Below, one piece after another: positions 36,648 to 58,376 of a DNA stretch of 64,000 nucleotides. The notes under the pieces are model-generated. The model did not search any database. It was not told the DNA's origin and saw only the letters and a list, made by a program, of their open reading frames with translations. Made by a program: the position numbers and the translations under genes. This stretch comes from the human T2T-CHM13v2.0 reference genome, Homo sapiens, in NCBI RefSeq assembly GCF_009914755.1, contig NC_060942.1. One strand, written 5' to 3'. The first letter of the stretch is position 1; each line of letters starts with the position of its first letter.

Positions 36648-37169
36648 GTTTGTATACTAAATATACTACTTTTTGATAGGAGTAAGACATTCTATTTTTC
36701 GCTCACAATCCTTTGCAGTTTACAGAATGTCTTTTGTAAAACATCACCTCATTAAGCCTGGAGTGTACATTATACTTAAGTTAAACAACTTGGTACTTAT
36801 TTTATCGTCCAGATTATAAATCAATGATGTCTGTCGTTTGTGAAAAATAATCTTTGGATTTTTTTGGATTAAATTATAATTTTGGCTTCAGGTTTGATTT
36901 GTATAATACATATCTTTGGGGTTGACTCTGGGGATAGCCAGCGACGGGTTTTATCATAATCCATGTATCATTATAAAAGAGGGTCTTAGTGAATATTGGT
37001 GTAAAGAAGTGATGTGTGTGAGGAGAAATAGTAATCTTAAAGGATAGAAATAACTGGTTTCTTCATTGCATAAGAGAATATAACCCCCACCTAATTTTGG
37101 ACATTTTAATACTGTTAAATCTTTGGGTTAGGTCAATAGGGTTTTACAGCCATGCCTTTTTTTTTACTC

Positions 37170-40309
<3,140 letters not shown>

Positions 40310-40383
40310 TTAAAATTAATTTACAGTCGCGTGTATTAAATATGTGACTGTTTTACTAAGGCAATGTTTGCTTTGTCTTTAAG

Positions 40384-40514
40384 CCCTTAGAGATTTGTTT
40401 GATTCCATGGATAAAACTTCTTCCAGTATTCCACCTATTATTCTACTGCAGTTTTTGCACATGGCTTTCCCACAGTTTGCCGAGAAAGGTGAACAAGGAC
40501 AGTATCTTCAACAG
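40384..40514 (+). CDS. USP14: USP14 exon 7 (ALRDLFDSMDKTSSSIPPIILLQFLHMAFPQFAEKGEQGQYLQQ)
   Basis: ttaag acceptor, gtaatt donor; supplies QQ of the USP QQDA motif. Confidence 0.96.
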
Positions 40515-40599
40515 GTAATTAGGGCAAGGTATTTTTCATTCTGTAAATGTAAAACTTAGGTTTCCTACATTTACCGTACTTACTGGAACATAGTTCGAA

Positions 40600-41195
40600 A
40601 TATAAACATCAGTCTTCTCTAGTTCATGCCACGGCTGTCTCTTGCCTGGAGCCGCACAGTAGTCTTAACTGATATCTGGCTTCTGCCTTTGCCCCTTTGC
40701 AGTTTCTCTACACAGCCCGCAATGTCCTTTTTAAAATGACGATAGGATTATGTTGGCCCCTTGTTCAGTACTCCCTAGTGATTTTCTACCGCAGTCCTAA
40801 ATCCTCTAGCCCCTGGCTTTCTCTCTGAGTTCATCACTACCACTCTGTCCCTTGCTTGCCTCTCTCCAGCTGCACAGGCTTCCTTAAACCTTTCAAGTGC
40901 CCTCTTCCTGCAGGGCCTTTGCTCTTGTTCTTTGGCTGTCAGATAAGTGCAAGACCAGCTCCCTCACCTCCTTCAGGTCTCATGGCTCCAAGGCCAAAGC
41001 CTTAGGCTTTCCCTGATGACCTTATTGGAACAGCACACTTCCCTTCCCCTGATCACTTACTGTTTCCATCCTGCTTTTTTTCGCTTCATAACCCTTATCT
41101 CTACTTGAATTTTATATATTCACTGCTATTATGCTGAGTATCTAGTACAGTGTTTAGCACAAATTGGAGCTCAGCAGATGTCTGTTGAATGAATA
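40600..41195 (+). mobile_element. L2 3' end remnant (similar decayed L2/MIR at ~26300-26770 and ~61500-62400)
   Basis: ...cagggcctttgc...gttgaatgaat terminus typical of L2; highly diverged. Confidence 0.55.
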
Positions 41196-41362
41196 AGCTA
41201 TTCTAGAATGCTTTATTTTTTGGAAGATCGTATGTCTTATTTGGCTTAATATTTTTAAAGAAGGAAACCACTTTCTTGCCTAGGAGACAGTGATTATTTT
41301 GGAAGAACTTTGTAGATCATTCACTGCCAGGATTACTTACTTTGTCTTTTTTTACATTACAG

Positions 41363-41443
41363 GATGCTAATGAATGTTGGATACAAATGATGCGAGTATT
41401 GCAACAGAAATTGGAAGCAATAGAGGATGATTCTGTTAAAGAG
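41363..41443 (+). CDS. USP14: USP14 exon 8 (DANECWIQMMRVLQQKLEAIEDDSVKE)
   Basis: tacag acceptor, gtaatt donor, 81 nt. Confidence 0.96.
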
Positions 41444-41793
41444 GTAATTGAAATATATTTGTGATTATAGACTTTCGTTATACCTTGATTTTTTTTTTTA
41501 TTTTTTTTCCCCTCAAAGGCTTAAAATAAGTTCCATCTTATAGGTAGATGTGTATTTAAATACTTTAGATGCTCAATCTGTAGTCAGAATTTGGAAGCTT
41601 GCATACGACATTTAAATTTAATGTATTATTTATTAAACTTAATTCATTGTTGATTTTTGGTAATGTTTTTTGAAGGATTTTACTGTAAGGGACTACATTT
41701 TTAAAAAAATATGTATTACTAAACTGGATTGTGTGGAAGAAAATCTACATTAATATTTATATAAAGTTGGAATTTTTATTTTAATTTTTGCAG

Positions 41794-41879
41794 ACAGACT
41801 CCTCATCTGCATCGGCAGCGACACCTTCTAAAAAGAAAAGTTTAATCGATCAGTTCTTCGGTGTTGAGTTTGAAACTAC
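41794..41879 (+). CDS. USP14: USP14 exon 9 (TDSSSASAATPSKKKSLIDQFFGVEFET-)
   Basis: tgcag acceptor; donor is GTATCCTT (U12 type). Confidence 0.94.
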
Positions 41880-42948
<1,069 letters not shown>

Positions 42949-43063
42949 CATGAAATGTACAGAATCTGAAGAAGAAGAAGTCACCAAAGGAAAGGAAAAT
43001 CAACTTCAGCTTAGCTGTTTTATCAATCAGGAAGTCAAGTATCTTTTTACAGGACTTAAATTG
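42949..43063 (+). CDS. USP14: USP14 exon 10 (-MKCTESEEEEVTKGKENQLQLSCFINQEVKYLFTGLKL)
   Basis: 115 nt, frame-consistent with exon 9; gtaagg donor. Confidence 0.95.
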
Positions 43064-43076
43064 GTAAGGACAATCT

Positions 43077-43692
43077 CAGTCCATCCTTGTTGTTTGTGAA
43101 TTCCATGTTTGCGAGTAAGCCAAAGTCATTATTCACTGGGCTTTAATGGTCATTTGTAGACATGTGCAGAGCAATACGCATTTTGAGTTGCCCGATACAC
43201 ACAGTCCCATCTGAGGTCAAACAAGTACTTGGCCTTCTTGTTTCAGCTTGGTAAACAAATACCATTTTAGCAGGAATGTTAGAACTGTTGTTTTAAAAAA
43301 AAATTTCTGCTTTTTGTTGGTTATTTCACTGTTTAAGATGACCCCCCAAGCACAGGGCTGAGTGCTGTCTAGTGTTTCTAGGTGTGGGAAGGCTGTGATG
43401 TGCCTTACTGAGAAAATATACTTGTTAGAGAAGCTTCAGTTGGGCCTGCGTTGCACTGTTGGCTCTGAGTTCAATGTTAATTAATCAACACAATATGTGA
43501 AATAAGGTGTCCTTAAACAGAAACACACATAAAACAAGGTTATGTATTGATTGGTTGATGAAAATGTTGTGATCAAAGGCTGGCGGGAATCTAATCCTGT
43601 ATTTCCCCTAGGAGCAGTGGTTCAGTATTCATTGATTCAGTGCTTGTGGTGACTTTGTAGAACATAATTACCGTGACTAACAAAATCAACTG
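43077..43692. mobile_element. MER82-like (TcMar-Tigger) non-autonomous DNA transposon starting ~14 nt after the exon 10 donor
   Basis: Imperfect TIRs cagtccatcct... / ...aatcaactg followed by TA; interior resembles the recalled MER82 consensus. Confidence 0.7.
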
Positions 43693-44518
43693 TATAGTCA
43701 GAAATCAAACAAACTTCAACTAGCTCTTCATTTCATAGACAAAAGCATTATTGACATGGTTGCATATGCTAACAAATATTGGGACATCTCACTTTTTAAT
43801 CACTGGGTGTTCCTGCTTCACACTGTGAAGAAGCACCTAGTGCTTTGTGCTGTACCTTGCTTTATTTTAAAGCACTCAAGAAATGTTTGTTGAATAGTTT
43901 ACATGTTTGTTAAGATTTTTCCTTAGAGATAGTTGTTTTCATGGGCCCTATAACTTAGCTGAACTGTTAACTTTAAGGAAAATTACTTAATCTAAGCTAC
44001 TGTTTTCTTACGTGAAAATGAGAGTAACTATAGGGTTGTTTGTGGGTTTGTGCTCTTAACCATTAAGGGTGATCATATAATGTATTGTCTAAACCAGGAC
44101 ACTTTGGTGGAGAGTGAATGAGGGTATGTTAGTAATTATGCAATATAAACTGGGATTTTTCTGTGCAAATCAGGGCATGTAGTCGTTCTGCCATTGCACT
44201 GTCTTGCAGTTGAGGCCCTGGAATTTAAAGTAACCTAATTGGCTTTTGGCAGAGCCAGAACTAGAACTTGCTTCTTTCATTATTCAGTTAGTGCTGCTTT
44301 TCCAGTGCCATACTAAAGAATACGGACTCACATAAAATGTCAGCTTCCACTCTGCTAATAAGCCCATGGATAAAACATACGGTTTTGCTTGCTGACTTAC
44401 TAATTTGGTGTGCTTTGGGGATATGTATATCTCTCGAAGGATCTCCCCATTTGAACTGATACCTTTTAATAGTTTTCAAATTATAGTTCATGTGATTCCA
44501 CTTCAAAAGCACTGATAA

Positions 44519-44728
<210 letters not shown>

Positions 44729-46626
44729 TGATAGAGACAGGGTTTTGTCATGTTAGCCTGGATGGTCTCAATCTCCTGACCTTGTGATCCGCCCACCTCG
44801 GCCTCCCAAAGTGCTGGGATTATAGGAATGAGCCACCGTGCCCAGCCAGGATTATTTATTTTAAAAGTTAGCTTCTTCCTAAACACAGTTGTATGAAAAA
44901 TAAATGCATGAATAAAAGTTAGCCATTGCAACATCTAGATATTTGAAGAAGGGCCTGGAGGGCAGAATTTTTAAAAATCCTGGTTGATCCTCTTTGCTGT
45001 CTCCTCTAACCATGACCAATAAAGAGAAGTCTTGAAGGAAGAAAAGTCAGTGAAAAATGATGAGACATTGGAATAGGTCCTCTGTGCAGAGGCCTAGTTT
45101 GGGCAGAGGAGGTGGGTTGATAAACACTGAAGTGGGACATGGATTATGTTGATAAACAAGATGATTTGTTATCTGGGGGCTCTCATCTATAGTTTGGGAT
45201 AAGGTTGGCAAGGGGAAGGGTTGTTAAAGGGCATAAGAAGAAGAGTGAGTGAGTCACGCTCTGTCTTATGATACCGAGGGGAGAGTTTTGAGCCAGTGTG
45301 GATATGAACATGGTGACTTTTAAGAGAAATTCATTTAAAAACACACAAAACTTCTTAACCCCCAGGAGCCAAATCATGTAAGGCATGGTGTGCAAGTTTC
45401 AGGATATACCAGCAAATGAAGTCTCAGTGTTAACTGGAGAGTGTGGAGTGGAGTGCTTTGGCAGGGACTCTCCAGGATGGTATTTTCTTCACAATTTTGT
45501 AAAAGTATAGGAAAACCGAACATACCCAGAAGGTCTAGATGATAGTGGATTGGTGGTAATAATAAGATTTCACCAGATATACTTTCTTGAAAAACCTGTA
45601 TTCCTAGAATGTATTTATTTCCTTTATAACTTTTAAGATATTTTATCTTTTGTTCTGATAATTCTTGAGTAATTTGGCTTCGTTTCTCCACTGCTTTGCT
45701 GCTGAATAAACTTGGTTAAATGTTAAAAAGCTACTCCACAGTGATTCCTTTTGTAATATGATTAGTAATTTTAAAAAATCAGACTTTAAAATTATACAAG
45801 TGTAACATGCTTAAACATTACCAGTAGGTTATTTTAATTCTAATTTCTTTTTTGTTTGTTTTCTTAAAGCAGAGCACATAAGTAGTGCTAATTCTTTCTG
45901 TGACATTAGAAATAGTAGTGAATGTTTGTTAAATGTAGAGTATATGCCAAATATTTTACCAGGTTTTCTACATGTACTGACTGTAATTCTAACAATAACA
46001 CTATAACATTGATTACCACTACCACCTTTTCCAAATGATGCCCAGAGGGATAAATACCGTTTCCACTGTTACACGGGCTGTAAGAAGCAGAAAGGTGATC
46101 ATGCTGGTTAAGATATGTGCAGCAGCTAAAGGCTTTCCCACATCTGTTAGGTTAACAGAGGTTTCTGTGTTATGACTTTTTTCAAATTTAACAATAATTC
46201 ATTGGTGCTGATTGGCTTTTATGCATAAAACGTAAAGAACAGGAGTTTCTTGGGCTCTCTTAATTTTCCTCTAGAGTGAATATTCTGATAATAAACAGGA
46301 ATGACAGCTTTGTTATATAAAATACAATATAAAATTCTCTGAATCTAAGCATCATTTGGGGCATAGCTAAAAAAGAGCAAACAGTATTTACACTCGGAGG
46401 AATCCACAACAACGTAAATTATTTGATGCCTTGTAAGAATTGAACAGTATCTAAAAGTCTTCCCATATTGTCATCAAATTGTGTCTCAGTGGTATAAACC
46501 CATTGATGTACTGTATATTGCCTCTTAGGTAGTGCTAGTTTTTAAAAGGCTTACTGGTGTGATTCTATATTGCAGAAATAAAATTTTTAAAACTAATGTT
46601 TGGTCTTCTGTTATGTTCTTTCTTAG

Positions 46627-46692
46627 CGACTTCAGGAAGAAATCACCAAACAGTCTCCAACGTTGCAAAGAAATGCCTTGTATATCAAATCT
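46627..46692 (+). CDS. USP14: USP14 exon 11 (RLQEEITKQSPTLQRNALYIKS)
   Basis: cttag acceptor, gtaagt donor, 66 nt. Confidence 0.96.
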
Positions 46693-46844
46693 GTAAGTTA
46701 TGCAGTCCTTTCGAAGCCAAATTCCGCTTCACTGAAATATTTCCAGTTAATTAATTTTATCCAGTCTTAATTTTTACCACCAAATAATTAAAACTTGTAT
46801 GGTATTTTGATGTAATGGGATTTCTTTACATTTTGTCTCCTCAG

Positions 46845-46937
46845 TCCAAGATCAGCCGGCTGCCTGCTTACTTGACCATTCAGATGGTTCGATTTTTTTA
46901 TAAAGAGAAGGAATCTGTGAATGCCAAAGTTCTTAAG
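46845..46937 (+). CDS. USP14: USP14 exon 12 (SKISRLPAYLTIQMVRFFYKEKESVNAKVLK)
   Basis: ctcag acceptor, gttagt donor; USP LP-x-L-x-I-Q-x-x-RF motif. Confidence 0.96.
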
Positions 46938-47323
46938 GTTAGTAATGAACTTTACTTTGTATAAGAAATGTAATTCTTTGAAGGTAATTGCTAACTCACA
47001 ATTGCTTTCATTATTCCTTTAGGAATAGTTAAGCTTTCTTTGAAATATTTAGGGGAGCTAATATTAGACAAGTGATTCTTAACTCAGAACGTATATTAGA
47101 ATTATCTATTGTCTTTTTTATTTTTAACTGTACACACACCTGGCTTCTCCCTCACCCCCAAACATCTGGGTAGGTCTTCGGTGGGGCCTAGGATATTATA
47201 TTTTTCAAAAGATTCATATACAATTCTGATGGCTCTCCTGCACTACCCAGAAATAGTGCCCTAGACCACGTCCTCAGCTTCAGGGATACTGATTCAGTAG
47301 GCTTGGAGATGGGTGTGAGGTAG

Positions 47324-47581
<258 letters not shown>

Positions 47582-48310
47582 TGATCCGCCCGCTTTGGCC
47601 TCCCAAAGAGTTCCTTTCTTTCAGGTGAAAGGAGAAAGAGTTAAATCACTGGTGCCCAAAGAGTACTTAAATTGTAATCCCTTGATTTAGGATCCAGCCT
47701 CAGAATCTGACTGTTTTTGTTGAGTTGTAGTTCTGCTACATCTCCATAGAGTCCTGGGAGGGGCCTATCTATCATTTTAGCCTTTTGAGCTTAAATTCTT
47801 AGTATATTTTCCAGTATACTTAGCGTTGTATGAGAAGGTTAAATGTAGTTGAAGTATCTAGTGTTGTATACTTTAAATATATACTACTATAAGCTATTGA
47901 ACTATATCACTATTACTTCTATGTAAAGTTGTATTTCAAATAAAAAAAAAAAACCATAAGTTTATTCCAGTTTGGGAGGTCCATTATTTTCACAGCAGCT
48001 TGTCCAATATTTCTGAGATGTTTCTTTTCTCAGGTAAATTTTGGTACTTCCTCTGTGGTTAGTTTTGTGGGTTAGAGTATTTAATGGAAAAACATGTTTT
48101 AGAAATTTCTCACCTTAAAAAAGTTAGAACCAGATCATTCTTGAAAATAGGCACTCTTAAGAGGTTTCAACTGCAGATTTCCAAGTGATTTTCACAGATT
48201 TTATTTTCAACTGTATCTGAATTATGAAAGCATTACTTCAGATATGTGATACTTTAAATAAATATCTTTATAAATGTGTTTACACATGTTTTTTGTTTGT
48301 TTGTATATAG

Positions 48311-48439
48311 GATGTTAAATTTCCTCTTATGTTGGATATGTATGAACTGTGTACACCAGAACTTCAAGAGAAAATGGTGTCTTTTCGATCCAAATTCAAG
48401 GATCTAGAAGATAAAAAAGTGAATCAGCAGCCAAATACA
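48311..48439 (+). CDS. USP14: USP14 exon 13 (DVKFPLMLDMYELCTPELQEKMVSFRSKFKDLEDKKVNQQPNT)
   Basis: tatag acceptor, gtaggt donor, 129 nt. Confidence 0.96.
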
Positions 48440-49079
48440 GTAGGTTCTTACTGCTGACTTTATACTCTTAATATCTTAATCTCCCATCAGTGCTCAGCAA
48501 TTACTCTGTCTTTTTTTTCCTGCTTCATTTTTCCTTCAGAACTATACTTTGTATAGTATTATTTGGATCAATCTGTATTACAATTAGCAGGTATACACAT
48601 CCTCCATATATCAGTGCAGATCTTTAAAGTTTTGCATGTGTTTTATTTTCCTTTTTTTTTTTTTGTGACAAGGTCTTCCTTTGTCACTCAGGCTCACTGC
48701 AGTCTCAACCTCCCAGGCGCAAATGATCCTCCCACCTCACCCTCCCAAGTAGCTGGGACCACAGGCGTGCGCCACCATGCCCAGCTATTTTTTTGTATTT
48801 TTGGTAGAGACAGGGTTTTGCCATGTTGCTGAGGCTAGTCTCGAACTCCTGAGCTCAGGCGATCTGCCCACCTAGGCCTCCCAGAGTGCTGGGGATTATA
48901 GGCATGAGGCACCACACCTGGCCTTTAGGTGTATTTTAGCATGAGAAACAGAACTCTACTTAGAATAAATGAGTCCTTTGTGGTAGAATAAGCTTAATAT
49001 TTTCCTTCCCCCTGTAATCTGTAGCTCATATTCCTTTTATACTTATCTCCTCAAAGTACTTCACGTAAAACCTTACCTA

Positions 49080-53000
<3,921 letters not shown>

Positions 53001-53717
53001 AAGATGTGATTAACCTAGTTGCCATTTTTTGTTGTGGAATCCTTTGACTTCTTGCCATCACAGCTACCTGTAAGCTGCTGGCATTGTCTTCATTACCATT
53101 ATAGTTTTAAAGAACTTTGTGCTGTATTCCTAGATAAGTTATTTTTCTCATGTTGCATGCTAAAATGAGTTGAAGCAGTGAGTTCCTCCTAAGAGTCCTT
53201 GTCTAATTTAAATCATACCTCTTTAATGTAGGTAAGTCTTTGCTGAAAAATATTTCAGTTCATTTGTGCTGGCGTGGTAAGTGGACATGGCTCAGGAGGT
53301 TTAATACAAATTGCAGGAATTCTTGTTTTAGAGGTAGTTGTTTTTTCCCCCCACCTCTGTGGTTTGACAGTATTTTGGTAACACTGGGGAATTGGGTTTT
53401 TCCTTTTCTGCCCTAGAGCACTGTTTAACTGTACTGCTGTATTCACTGGTACGCTTTCACTTTAATGGTTTAAAATTGGTCATCACATTCAGGGTGTCTG
53501 TTACTGTACTGTAACAAGATTTTATATTGTTGAAGTGTAGGACTGCTGGGTTTACAGTTTTAACTGTGGTTATATCATTTTAGTAATTTGGAAGGTAGAC
53601 TGTATTTTGTCTCTGTGCACTGTAGACAGTAAATATTTATGAAATTGAACACTTACAGAGAATTCAAATTTTATTTCCAAAATCATGATTTAAAATTAAA
53701 CATTTTTTTCTCCTCAG

Positions 53718-53778
53718 AGTGACAAAAAGAGTAGTCCCCAGAAAGAAGTTAAGTATGAACCCTTTTCTTTTGCTGATG
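53718..53778 (+). CDS. USP14: USP14 exon 14 (SDKKSSPQKEVKYEPFSFAD)
   Basis: ctcag acceptor, gtaagt donor, 61 nt. Confidence 0.95.
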
Positions 53779-54132
53779 GTAAGTAACATTCTCATTTTAA
53801 TTGAGTTATTGTATGTGGGTCTTTTTAAGGTAAAATTTACATCTTACCCCATATTTACTTATTCTGATGTGCTTTTCAAACAAAATGTCAGGTTTCTTGA
53901 ACAATTTACCTTAATGACATATAGTAAATTTACTCATTGGCATACAGTTCTATGAGTAAGTTACTTATTAAAACATCAATCATGAAGCCTTAACTATGAT
54001 TGGACAGTAGTATCTTATTGGATTCTGATAATACTTTCGTAATGTGAACTTTAGAGTTATTCTTGTTACTTAGCTTGAGAAGGCACATGTCTATTCATTG
54101 TCTAATATTAATGGATTTACATCTTTCTTTAG

Positions 54133-54240
54133 ATATTGGCTCCAATAATTGTGGATACTATGACTTACAAGCAGTACTAACACACCAGGGAAGGTCTAGT
54201 TCTTCAGGTCATTATGTATCATGGGTGAAAAGGAAACAAG
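54133..54240 (+). CDS. USP14: USP14 exon 15, USP His box (YDLQAVLTHQGRSSSSGHYVSWVK; Ser432 at 54201-54203, His435 at 54210-54212)
   Basis: tttag acceptor, gtaaag donor; canonical His-box motif. Confidence 0.98.
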
Positions 54241-54879
54241 GTAAAGGGTATTCTTTTTTCAACTGTTCAATATTATTTTAACAGTTCATTTATTATAAAT
54301 TTTATAGCAGTGTGGTTTTCAAACTTTGGGTCTCAGAACCACTTTACATTCTTGAAGCCCCAAAGAGCTTTGGTTTATGAGGTTTGCCTCTCTTAATACT
54401 TACTGTATTAGAAATTAAAACTGAGAAATTAAGAAAGTTAGTTTTAAAAATGATAGTAATAAGCCCATTACATATTAATGTAAAAACAAAATGAGTGAGA
54501 AATGGTACTGATTTACATTTTTATGTCTTTCTGTTGTCTGGCTTAAATAGGAGGCAGCTGGGTTCTCCTGTTAGTGTTCGCATTCAGTCTGTTGCATTAT
54601 CATACATTATGTAGCCTCTGGAAAATTCCAGAGTACACTTGAGAGAATGTGGGTGGAAAAGGCAAGCAGTGCTCTAGTGGTGTCATTGAAGTAGTTGTAA
54701 CCTGGTGGAACCCCTGCAGTGCCCTTAAGCCTGTGTGGTCACTGGGTCGCACTTGGAGGACTGTTGGTGTGGCCAGTGGAGCACTGCTGTGCCTCCGATG
54801 ACTTGATACTTTTTTTGCAGTGGAACTCTGAGACGAATCCTGCATAACATTAATTCATCTTCTTGTCCCTGTTATTTAG

Positions 54880-55031
54880 ATGAATGGATTAAGTTTGATG
54901 ATGACAAAGTCAGCATCGTAACACCAGAAGATATCTTACGGCTTTCTGGTGGTGGAGACTGGCATATCGCTTACGTTCTACTCTATGGGCCTCGCAGAGT
55001 TGAAATAATGGAAGAGGAAAGTGAACAGTAA
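54880..55031 (+). CDS. USP14: USP14 exon 16 coding part (EWIKFDDDKV...EEESEQ*; Asp451 at 54897-54899)
   Basis: tttag acceptor, stop TAA 55029-55031; exon lengths sum to 1485 nt, i.e. 494 aa plus stop. Confidence 0.97.
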
Positions 55032-55947
55032 TCTTCATTTTAGTATTTATGCTTAGATGTGAAAATAAATGTTATTTGTTGATCATTTCTATAATCCAGA
55101 GCTTTAGAGGAAGACACATAGGTGGGTTTATGTTTCACCTCATTTGGAACAAAAGAGGACAGAAGCAGACCACTCTGTGCACCAACCTAAAAAATTACAG
55201 AGAAGAGAAAATTATCTTTGGATTGTGCTGCCCTATATAAAGGTGGCAGAAAGACATTTTTAAAAAGCTTATTATTTCTTGCATTATTTTAAAAAGTTCA
55301 GAGTTGAAATGCCTTTCAACCATTTCCTTCTGTGGTCATTTTTCTTGCTGCCTTTTTCACCCAAGATTCAGCAGTCAGATGTTTACTGCACACCTATTAC
55401 CTATTATTTGCTGTTCTTGCATGGTTCAAACCACCATTCTGTAGCCACCCATCCTTTGCCTTATCTAACAAACATTTTTCCAGGAAGGTGGAAAAGGAAG
55501 TGTTGCTCTCATTGTGTGACTCAGTGCTGCTGTCCATCCCATGGAAACATGGGCACAATCAAGTATTTGTCCAGCCTATTGCAGGCTTTTCCTGACTTTA
55601 AAATAAATTGTGATCAATAATAGTACCTTTGATTATACATTTATTATTGTGTCTCTCTCTGATGTACTGTGGATTGTACATTTAACTTTGGAATGGCTTT
55701 GTAATAATCAGTCTTAAGAAAATGTTGACAAGCTCTGGTTGCTTATTTTTAGAAAATGAGGACATTTAATAATAATAAAAAAAAAGGGATTAATAGCTTT
55801 TGACCTCAAGTCTTTTGTCTTCTGAGTGTTGGAGCTTGGCTGAAGACATGTTTAATACTGTACAATTTCTGAAGATGGTTATTAACACTGTGCTGTTAAG
55901 CATCCATTTAAAAATATTTGTTATCTTCTTTGCCTGCCTGTATTTTA

Positions 55948-56461
<514 letters not shown>

Positions 56462-57677
56462 TTACATTTTAATAGTTACTCATCTTTGTTCCAGGACCCT
56501 TGACTGATGCTAGGGAAAGGATAAAGCATAGAATACCAGCCAGTTTGGCTCTGATTTTGAGTTATTTATAATAAAGTTTGGGGATTATCATAACATCTCA
56601 TATCTTTGTGTATGTTGTTTTAATGCTCGGCAGAGCACAACACTGATGATAACTATTAAAAATAGAAAATAACAGCCATTTTACTTTCAAATCTGATGTG
56701 ATGCAATCTGTGAACACTAGGAGGGGATAAAATAAGCATTGCAGGGAAACTTATTTGTAAATAGCTTCCTCACCTAAACTTTGACTTGGCAATCAATACT
56801 TTCTACTTTGTGGAGGGGATTAAGAATAGAATGGGCAGGATGAGACCATGAAAATTATAATGATTCATGTATATTTGTATGATGCTTGTAACTTTGCAAA
56901 GTCTTTTTTATTCATTGTCTCATTTGGTCAGAACAATTTTATTGAGGACATGAATTTAACAATTAGAATTTAGATTTTCTGACTGTAGCTACTAAATGTT
57001 GTAGCTACTAGACCAGGTGAGCTAGGTTTAGAGCAAAGTATATAAGCCTTGTATGGACTATATTAGAATTTTAAAAATTGTAATTAATTCCTTATCATCA
57101 TTATAAAAAGCTTGATTTTTTTATTTGATCTAAAAAAGCATTATTCCAAAGAATTTTTTCAAGTAGAAATGGGAGTTAGTTATACCAGTGTTGTTTTTAA
57201 CTAATAAGGCTATTTTAGAATTCAGCCTTGCCTGTAAGGTCTTTGAGAAGGGAGAGGAGTAGGCCAAAAAAAAAAAAGTCTTGATTCCTGAATGTGCCTT
57301 ATATGCTGTGCCACTCACACCGAGGCCATCATCTCAACATTAGAGTTGTGCTAGATTACTGCTTGACTGACTAGCTAGGTTAGGCCTAAGAGTGTTTACC
57401 GAATAATCTGCACTCACTCAGTAGCCCTTCTTCAGGATTAAAAACGATGATGACCTCATCTTAGAGCCCTAAAGGGAAATGCTTATGTGGGAACAAGAAA
57501 AGTCGGTGGTACTGTCTTCTGCTACTACTACTTAGTGCTTTGCTGTGTATAGGGTGTGTTCACATATATCTCAGTTGAATGTCACAAGAATCCCTGAAGT
57601 GATTAAAAGTCTTGAGAGGTCAGGCAATTTTTGTAAGGCTAGAAGGAAAAGTGAGGTTTTAGACTTCATTTCTTTTA

Positions 57678-57958
57678 AAGTTGGCAAACAAACATTTTCT
57701 GTAATGGACAAGATAGATAGATTAGATAGATAGATAGATAGATAGATAGATGATGATTGATTGATGATTGATAGTAAATTATTTCAGGCTTTGCAGGCTA
57801 TAAAGTGCTGCAGCTCCTTAGCTTTGCTGTTGTTATAGTGTAGCTGGAGCCATAGACAGTTAGTTAGTTAGTTATGAGTGAGCACAGCTGGGTGCCAGTA
57901 CAATTTTAATGATCAAGACTCGTGGCAGGCAGAACAAACCATCATTTGTTGATCCTCT
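57678..57958. mobile_element. MER58A-like hAT element containing a GATA microsatellite
   Basis: ttggcaaac...ttttctgtaa...atagtaaat..tttcaggctttgcaggc...gccatagaca resembles the recalled MER58A. Confidence 0.65.
57711..57774. repeat. (GATA)n / (GAT/GATT) short tandem repeat
   Basis: Directly visible. Confidence 0.95.
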
Positions 57959-58284
57959 GCTTGAAAGCACGAATAAGTGAGAACAGAGCAGTCATATGGT
58001 TTCAGAAAGTGTTATTCTGGGATTTCAGGATAAATTTTGTAAAACTACTAACAAACAACACACAGGAAACTAATTTGGTATAAGAAACGACATATCCCTA
58101 AATAGTGCTTATTTAACTTCATTATAAATACATCTACTTAACAAAAAAATATATTTTGTGATCTTGAGGTCACTTCGTTTAGGTCATTATCTCAACCCAA
58201 CCTCCCCAAACTCTGGTTTGAGCCAATATGTGTTCTATTGTTCTCAGAGCACCAGCCGACTGTACAACAATTGTTATAAAAATG

Positions 58285-58290
58285 TTTATT
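58285..58290 (-). terminator. THOC1: THOC1 poly(A) signal AATAAA (plus-strand TTTATT)
   Basis: First canonical hexamer, ~87 nt downstream of the THOC1 stop on the - strand. Confidence 0.75.
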
Positions 58291-58376
58291 GTTTACCAAA
58301 ACCAGTGGACCTCTTATCAAATGCTGCTTGGTAACAAAATCTATCACAGTTTTAATAAAAAGAAAAAAAAAAGAAG

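Noticed and set aside
48020-48040. Recursive-splice-like ttttctcag|gtaaat (similar motif at 31744)
   Set aside because: The motif is frequent by chance in T-rich introns, and intron 12 is only ~1.4 kb; no further support.
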